The notes under the pieces are model-generated. The model worked only from the letters and a program-made list of their open reading frames with translations, was not told where the DNA came from and searched no databases. A stretch of 64,000 nt of DNA, from the IMG/VR virus record IMGVR_UViG_3300023202_000163, positions 1-64,000 of that record. One strand, 5' to 3'. The position numbers and the translations under genes were made by a program. Shown one piece after another: positions 58,530-64,000 of this stretch (position 1 is the stretch's first letter; the number at the start of each line of letters is the position of its first letter). The stretch comes from a virus.

Positions 58530-60380
58530 ATGAGTGAAATAGGACCAACAGGGCCAATAGGGCCTACAGGACCAACGGGTCCGGCAGGGCCGCAAGGGGC
58601 TCCGGGCCCTTCCTTGCCGGGAGCTACAGGCGCTACGGGAGCTACGGGAACTTCGCCCCCTGCCATCCCTGGCCCAAAGGGGGATAAGGGTGGAACAGGG
58701 TCTACCGGACCTACAGGTTCTGCTGGTATACCTGGACCTGCTGGCGCTAAAGGAGATCGCGGTGCTCAGGGCCCTATAGGCGTTAAAGGAAACTCTATAA
58801 CCGGAGCAACCGGACCAACAGGCCCCCCAGGCCCCGCAGGCATAGGCTTGGCTGGAGCAAAGGGTAATACGGGCAACACCGGTTTAACGGGCCCTGTGGG
58901 CACAACAGGAGCTACAGGAAGAACTGGAAATACGGGCCCCACAGGGGCCAAAGGGGCCACAGGAGTAGGCCTAGTGGGGCCCACTGGAGCTACTTCTGGC
59001 TCTACCGGGGCCACAGGAGCCCAAGGCAACACAGGGGCTACAGGAATAGCCGGACCTACTGGTCCTCAAGGAATTCAAGGAAATCAAGGAATCCAGGGAG
59101 AGACAGGACATCAAGGATTATTAGGACCTACTGGTCCGCAGGGGGAGACAGGGCCACAGGGTCCTGCCGGAGGGCCGACCGGACCCACCGGGGAGGGATC
59201 TGCTGGCCCTACCGGACCCACCGGACCCACTGGGGGAATTACTATACATGCTCAACTATCTAACCTTTCTGCCGATGACCACCCTCAATACGTTTTAACC
59301 GATGGAAGCAGAGGCCTTGCTAACAATAACAATGCAGGTTTGCGATTAATAATTGATTCTGGATTGACCTCTTCGCAACTATCTGTTATAGACTTTCAAG
59401 ACAGAGGCTCGGATGCTTGGCGTCTTGGGAAGAATAGTGCAAATTCTTTTTTCCTACAAAATACAAATTTAGGGAATACCACTGTAATTATACAGGATGA
59501 AGCTCCTACAAATTCTTTAGTGATACTGGATTCTGGAAATGTAGGGTTAGGTACCGGGTCTCCTGCACAAAAACTCCATGTAATAGGGAGCGCTAGAGTT
59601 CAAGGCGACGAACTTAGAGTAGACAATAATGCAGATAATGACACTACTGTAACCATAGATAGTGGTTCCGCCGCTCCTCAGCATTCTCATTTAGTCTTCT
59701 CTGATAGAAACTTTGCGCAATGGTTCCTATGTAAGCCCCCGGATAATACTTTTTTCTTACAGCACGTACCTGATGGCTCCCCCTTAATTACATTTAGACC
59801 TAATCATACAATAGATCTTAATGCCAATACTGTATTTCAGAAGGCTTCTTCTGATAATATGGATATACATGCGCACGCAGCAAGACATGCTCCCGGTGGG
59901 CAAGACCCTATAGATTTTTCAGGGGCTCAGCAAATAGGGCTAATAGGGCAAAATTCAGTAGAATCGTTAAATATTGCAATAGGTAATAATTGGACAGATT
60001 TAACAGGACCTTCTGTAGGTTTAGGGCAAGATTTAGTTTTTGATTTCTCTTCTCGTAGTGCAAATACAATAATTAAAATAGAATATTTTATGACGTTTGC
60101 AGAAGCGGGGGGTGCGGGAGATACATGGTCAGCCGAGGGGAGACTAGTACGTATTGATTCGTTTGGTACTACCCAAGAAGGTCCTGGAATCTTTGGAACA
60201 GGAGTTTCTAGTAATCAGGGCCCACAAAACATAGAAGGAGTTACTGTTAGTGGTTCTCGTTACGTAATAACTCCTCCTGAACTTGTGACGTTTAGACTAC
60301 AAGCCAGGGAATCTAACACGGAAACCATATGTATCATGACCTCTTTTGTTTTCACAGAACTACGTAACGTATCTCTATAA
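58530..60380 (+). CDS. Collagen-like fibre protein 5
   Basis: Gly-X-Y from the N-terminus; [15 protein letters not shown] and [13 protein letters not shown] trimer-type His motifs. Confidence 0.88.
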   Translation: MSEIGPTGPIGPTGPTGPAGPQGAPGPSLPGATGATGATGTSPPAIPGPKGDKGGTGSTGPTGSAGIPGPAGAKGDRGAQGPIGVKGNSITGATGPTGPPGPAGIGLAGAKGNTGNTGLTGPVGTTGATGRTGNTGPTGAKGATGVGLVGPTGATSGSTGATGAQGNTGATGIAGPTGPQGIQGNQGIQGETGHQGLLGPTGPQGETGPQGPAGGPTGPTGEGSAGPTGPTGPTGGITIHAQLSNLSADDHPQYVLTDGSRGLANNNNAGLRLIIDSGLTSSQLSVIDFQDRGSDAWRLGKNSANSFFLQNTNLGNTTVIIQDEAPTNSLVILDSGNVGLGTGSPAQKLHVIGSARVQGDELRVDNNADNDTTVTIDSGSAAPQHSHLVFSDRNFAQWFLCKPPDNTFFLQHVPDGSPLITFRPNHTIDLNANTVFQKASSDNMDIHAHAARHAPGGQDPIDFSGAQQIGLIGQNSVESLNIAIGNNWTDLTGPSVGLGQDLVFDFSSRSANTIIKIEYFMTFAEAGGAGDTWSAEGRLVRIDSFGTTQEGPGIFGTGVSSNQGPQNIEGVTVSGSRYVITPPELVTFRLQARESNTETICIMTSFVFTELRNVSL

Positions 60381-60405
60381 TATTATATATCCTTAGGAGA
60401 AAAAT

Positions 60406-60948
60406 ATGGCCGTTTCTATAAGAATTCATCCAAACGCTTTTGATGCTGGCGGCCCCTTAGAGGGTTTTGACGTTAGAGCCAATCCTCCATTTGCTAATAC
60501 TTTATCCAGCCCAAGGGTTCCTAGTTTCAATAATCCAGAAGGAAGCCCATTAGCCCCTAAGCCTGGGTTTATTGCAAGCGCCTCTCCCTTGACCCATAGA
60601 ACCAACATAAATGAGGACGGCACTTCAGCACCTGCCGCGCCTTCTGCCACCAGAAACGAAGCGCAAGATGTTCGTGTACATATATCCCCCACAACCGGTT
60701 CTTCTATTCTGCGCGGAAGGCCATTCCAGCCAGGGAACGTGGAATTTGATCTTGCTTATGGAATAGATGTGGGTATAGCCCCCTCTTCAATAGATGAAAA
60801 TTTGTTTGAAACCGCTTTGTTGGACACTGTTGGTAGACAGTTTATGGCAACTCTCCAAGACTTGATTATGCGACAAATAATCGAAGTTAGGGATCAAAAT
60901 GGGGTTGTACTAACTGCTCAGACATTAGCAGACTTTTCTGTAACATAA
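60406..60948 (+). CDS. Hypothetical virion-associated protein
   Basis: AGGAG RBS, 180 aa. Confidence 0.65.
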   Translation: MAVSIRIHPNAFDAGGPLEGFDVRANPPFANTLSSPRVPSFNNPEGSPLAPKPGFIASASPLTHRTNINEDGTSAPAAPSATRNEAQDVRVHISPTTGSSILRGRPFQPGNVEFDLAYGIDVGIAPSSIDENLFETALLDTVGRQFMATLQDLIMRQIIEVRDQNGVVLTAQTLADFSVT

Positions 60949-60966
60949 CTACACTAAAGACTTTGC

Positions 60967-63801
60967 ATGAAAAACATTTGTTTTCTATGCGAAAGTACAG
61001 AATTTTACTCAGCAGTTTCAACTAGTGGTGAGAATACGCCTTATTTAGTTTGTGGTGGCTGTGGGGTATGGGCACAATTTCCTGAAAAATCCTTTAAAAG
61101 AAGTTCAGTCTTACTAGAGGATTCAGAACTATCAGAAAATTATAAATTAATAAACCAAGACTTGGCTGAGAGGCTTGCAGCAAAGCATAAACCCGAAAGC
61201 GTTTTAGACATAGGCCCCAAATCCCTTCATTTCACAGAGTGTTTTAAGGGTTTAGGGATAAATAAAGTTATAAGTATAGATGATTGCGAGACAAAAAAAT
61301 ATAAAATAGAAAAAAACTCTAACAAAATTGTAGGGGATTTTCTAAGCTATAATTTTAATGGACAAAAATTTGATCTTATAACTTTAGTTCATTCTATCGA
61401 GAGATTTAAAAATCCTGTTTCTTTATTTAAAAAAATAAAAAGTATTTTGACAGATAAAGGAGTTGTTTACGTTAGAACTCCATTATCTGAATCGGTAGGT
61501 TTGCCTACTCACCTAAAAAAAGAAAATTATAAGAAAAATTCAATTATTTTTTCAAAAAAATCCTTTAAAGCTTTATGTAAAAAAGAAGGTTTTGTAATTT
61601 TTGATGAATGGGAACAACCTGGTCTTGGCCAAATTGATTGGCAATTGAAAATTGCTGATGATATTAGAGTTTCTTTTGCTGTAATTTCACACAACGAAGA
61701 AAAAATTATAGGTAGAATGCTCGACAGTATCTCCCCCATAGCTTGGGAGGTAGTAGTGTATTTAAATAATTGCAGCGACAACACACCACAAGTTATAAAA
61801 GATTTTAGTAAAAGAACAGGAATTAAAATAAAAATTATAGAAGGGTTTTGGGACAATAACTTCGCCCGCGCTAAAAATGAGGCTATAATGGCCTGTGAGG
61901 GTACACACGTAGCTTGGATGGATTGTGATGATGTGTTATCCCCAGATGCCCCAGAAAAAATTATTAAGCTTTTACAAGAAAAACCCGACCATCCTCAGGA
62001 TTGGAGACTTATATACGGCGGAGACACATTTTTCCATCTAAGGTTATGGAAGAATGAAGCCAGAGACGACGGTAAAGGAAATGTCTATAAACCACATTTT
62101 CACGATAAATGCCATGAATATGTACAATTAGGTGCTTATGGTAGTATGAAGATTAAATGTGACACTATTACGCTAAAACATATTCCCCAGCCAAAAGATG
62201 CGTCTGGCAGAAACATAGAAATACTAACTGAAGCTGAAAAGGTAGGACCTACGCCTTGTCCATATTGCCCAGGAGAATTTGATGGCAAAAGCAGAACTCT
62301 TTTTTATCTTGGTAACGGATTAAGAGAAGCTGGTCGGTATGAAGAAGCATTAAAGAGGTACGATACATATCTAATAAACAATATGGGGTGGCACGACGAG
62401 AGATTCTGGGCTTGGATGTATAAGGGCCAGTGTCATCAAGGGCTAAACCAAAAAGAAGAAGCTTTAAAAGCATATTGCCAAGCCATAGCTACCAATTCTC
62501 ATTGGGCTGAGCCTTACCTCGCTATAGCAAGAATGAAGTATCAAGAGGGTGCAGATACAAAAGAAGTAGCAAAATTCCAGCAAGCTATATCTTGGGCAGT
62601 ACACGCAGCAACAAATCCAATACCAAACACTTTAATGTTTTTGAATATGGGGGCTTATAAAGACCAACCATGGAGGTTAATAAGCTGGTGTTGGGAACAT
62701 CTAGGAGATTTCGAGAAAGCTCTTAATTATGGTATAATAGCAAAAGAAAAAATAGGCGGGGAAGATCAATCTTGGGATGATCGTTTAAATAGGTTGCGTA
62801 CCAGTTTAAATAAAAGTTCGCCCTCTGTCTCCAATGCTTCAAATAAAATAGTTCAAATATGCAGACCCGGCGCATTAGGTGATATTATCATGTCCACGGC
62901 TGCGTGCAAAGGTTTAAAAGAACAGGGTTATTACGTTCGTTATGTATGCCATCCCAGTTCTATAGAAGCAATATCCAATAATCCTTTTGTTGACGAAGTA
63001 ATTACGGTTTCTGATAATAATTATCCTAAAATTGTAGAAGCTACAAAGAATCTTGAAAAACCAGAAAAGTTTATACTTATGCAGTATCCTATGAATGAAG
63101 GCTATCCGGATAAACCTATGCAAAAACATCTATCTCATTATTTTTGCGAGCAAGCCGGGGTACCGCAGACTACTGATTTAAGTTTAGGTCTTACTCAGGA
63201 ACATTTAAATTACGGGGCTGAGAATGGTTTCGGTAAAGTAGTTGTGCACACTACCGCAGGTTGGTCCCCGTTAAAAAATTGGCCTATAAATTGGTACGAA
63301 AAATTAGCCAAAATGATAAAAGAAGAACTAGGCTTGGATGTAATACAGATAGGAGCAGAGAGGGATGTCCCTGTAGGGGGGATTACTAAGCTGGTAACTC
63401 CTTCAATAAAACATGCTGCGGCGGTGCAGAAATTCTGTACTCTTTTTATTGGCGGGGATTCAGTATTTAATCATACCTCTCGCGCAATGAATAAGAGATC
63501 CATTATTATATGGGGGTCTACTCATCCTCTTGGTTCTGGCTACGACCAGAATATAAATTTAGTAAATGGAGAAAAATGGACAAGAGACATGGGAAACGGG
63601 GGACCCACTAAAGAGTGTCAACCGTGCTATAAGGAGTTTAATCACATGTCTGTACACCCCAAACCTCCCTGTCCTAACTTAGTCGCGCATGATATCTCTA
63701 CTCTTCCCAGAGAAGACTACCCAGAAAAGACATTAAATAGCTGTATGTCAAAAAATACTGTAAATCTTGTATGGAAATACACTAAAGAACTTTTATCTTA
63801 G
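60967..63801 (+). CDS. Multidomain glycosylation enzyme: SAM methyltransferase-like + GT2 + TPR + GT9
   Basis: CFLC..CGGC, VLDIG, FDLITLVHSIE; ISHNEE, NFARAKN, WMDCDD; TPR helices; RPGALGDII, FIGGDS..NH, IWGST, CQPC. Confidence 0.88.
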   Translation: MKNICFLCESTEFYSAVSTSGENTPYLVCGGCGVWAQFPEKSFKRSSVLLEDSELSENYKLINQDLAERLAAKHKPESVLDIGPKSLHFTECFKGLGINKVISIDDCETKKYKIEKNSNKIVGDFLSYNFNGQKFDLITLVHSIERFKNPVSLFKKIKSILTDKGVVYVRTPLSESVGLPTHLKKENYKKNSIIFSKKSFKALCKKEGFVIFDEWEQPGLGQIDWQLKIADDIRVSFAVISHNEEKIIGRMLDSISPIAWEVVVYLNNCSDNTPQVIKDFSKRTGIKIKIIEGFWDNNFARAKNEAIMACEGTHVAWMDCDDVLSPDAPEKIIKLLQEKPDHPQDWRLIYGGDTFFHLRLWKNEARDDGKGNVYKPHFHDKCHEYVQLGAYGSMKIKCDTITLKHIPQPKDASGRNIEILTEAEKVGPTPCPYCPGEFDGKSRTLFYLGNGLREAGRYEEALKRYDTYLINNMGWHDERFWAWMYKGQCHQGLNQKEEALKAYCQAIATNSHWAEPYLAIARMKYQEGADTKEVAKFQQAISWAVHAATNPIPNTLMFLNMGAYKDQPWRLISWCWEHLGDFEKALNYGIIAKEKIGGEDQSWDDRLNRLRTSLNKSSPSVSNASNKIVQICRPGALGDIIMSTAACKGLKEQGYYVRYVCHPSSIEAISNNPFVDEVITVSDNNYPKIVEATKNLEKPEKFILMQYPMNEGYPDKPMQKHLSHYFCEQAGVPQTTDLSLGLTQEHLNYGAENGFGKVVVHTTAGWSPLKNWPINWYEKLAKMIKEELGLDVIQIGAERDVPVGGITKLVTPSIKHAAAVQKFCTLFIGGDSVFNHTSRAMNKRSIIIWGSTHPLGSGYDQNINLVNGEKWTRDMGNGGPTKECQPCYKEFNHMSVHPKPPCPNLVAHDISTLPREDYPEKTLNSCMSKNTVNLVWKYTKELLS

Positions 63802-63821
63802 ATTTTAAAGGATTTTAAAGG

Positions 63822-64000
63822 ATGACAGAAGAAATTATGAATATTGAAAGTGTTATATTCGACCCATCAGATAATGCTGAAGAAGATAAAACCATAAATG
63901 GGGTTCCTGCGGGGTATATGAGTCCAAATTATCCAAGAATGATAGACGAGAAAGGGGAACAATCCTCTATTGATTTATCTGTTATCGTTTCCCGTTTCCA
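63822..64000 (+). CDS. Partial ORF, possibly another glycosyltransferase
   Basis: Open to the window end; the terminal DLSVIVSRF resembles a GT2 first strand. Confidence 0.35.
   Translation, partial: MTEEIMNIESVIFDPSDNAEEDKTINGVPAGYMSPNYPRMIDEKGEQSSIDLSVIVSRF

Overview
A 64-kb segment of a large (jumbo-type) tailed bacteriophage read in the standard code, with no rRNA, CRISPR or integrase. (1) 1-4.9 kb is an RNA-handling island: the 3' part of an RNase P RNA, 12 tRNA genes all encoding CCA (three 8/4-type tRNA-Ser and a long-variable-arm tRNA-Lys among them), a sulfotransferase, a metallophosphoesterase and RtcB. (2) 5-8.5 kb holds exported/lipoproteins, an HldE-type adenylyltransferase and a GH108 endolysin. 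(3) 8.5-21 kb (minus strand) holds a CCA-adding/HD enzyme fused to a ~600-aa low-complexity tail, virion proteins and two intein-containing neck proteins. (4) 21-47 kb is the packaging/head module: RuvC-like resolvase, terminase (2 inteins), portal (2 inteins), SOD, prohead protease, scaffold, decoration protein and major capsid protein, with GIY-YIG and HNH endonucleases flanking the capsid genes. From memory the capsid resembles PaBG/Lu11/Yoloswag/JA11-like jumbo phages (not checked by search). (5) 47-64 kb holds five Thr-rich collagen-like fibre genes followed by a methyltransferase-GT2-TPR-GT9 fusion. The best candidate novel systems are a tRNA maturation/repair and translation-rescue kit that may be partly packaged as protease-cleaved head cargo, a glycosylated collagen virion coat, six inteins confined to head-assembly genes, and a possible 49-nt translational bypass across a perfect palindrome. 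All assignments are by eye; no searches were run.
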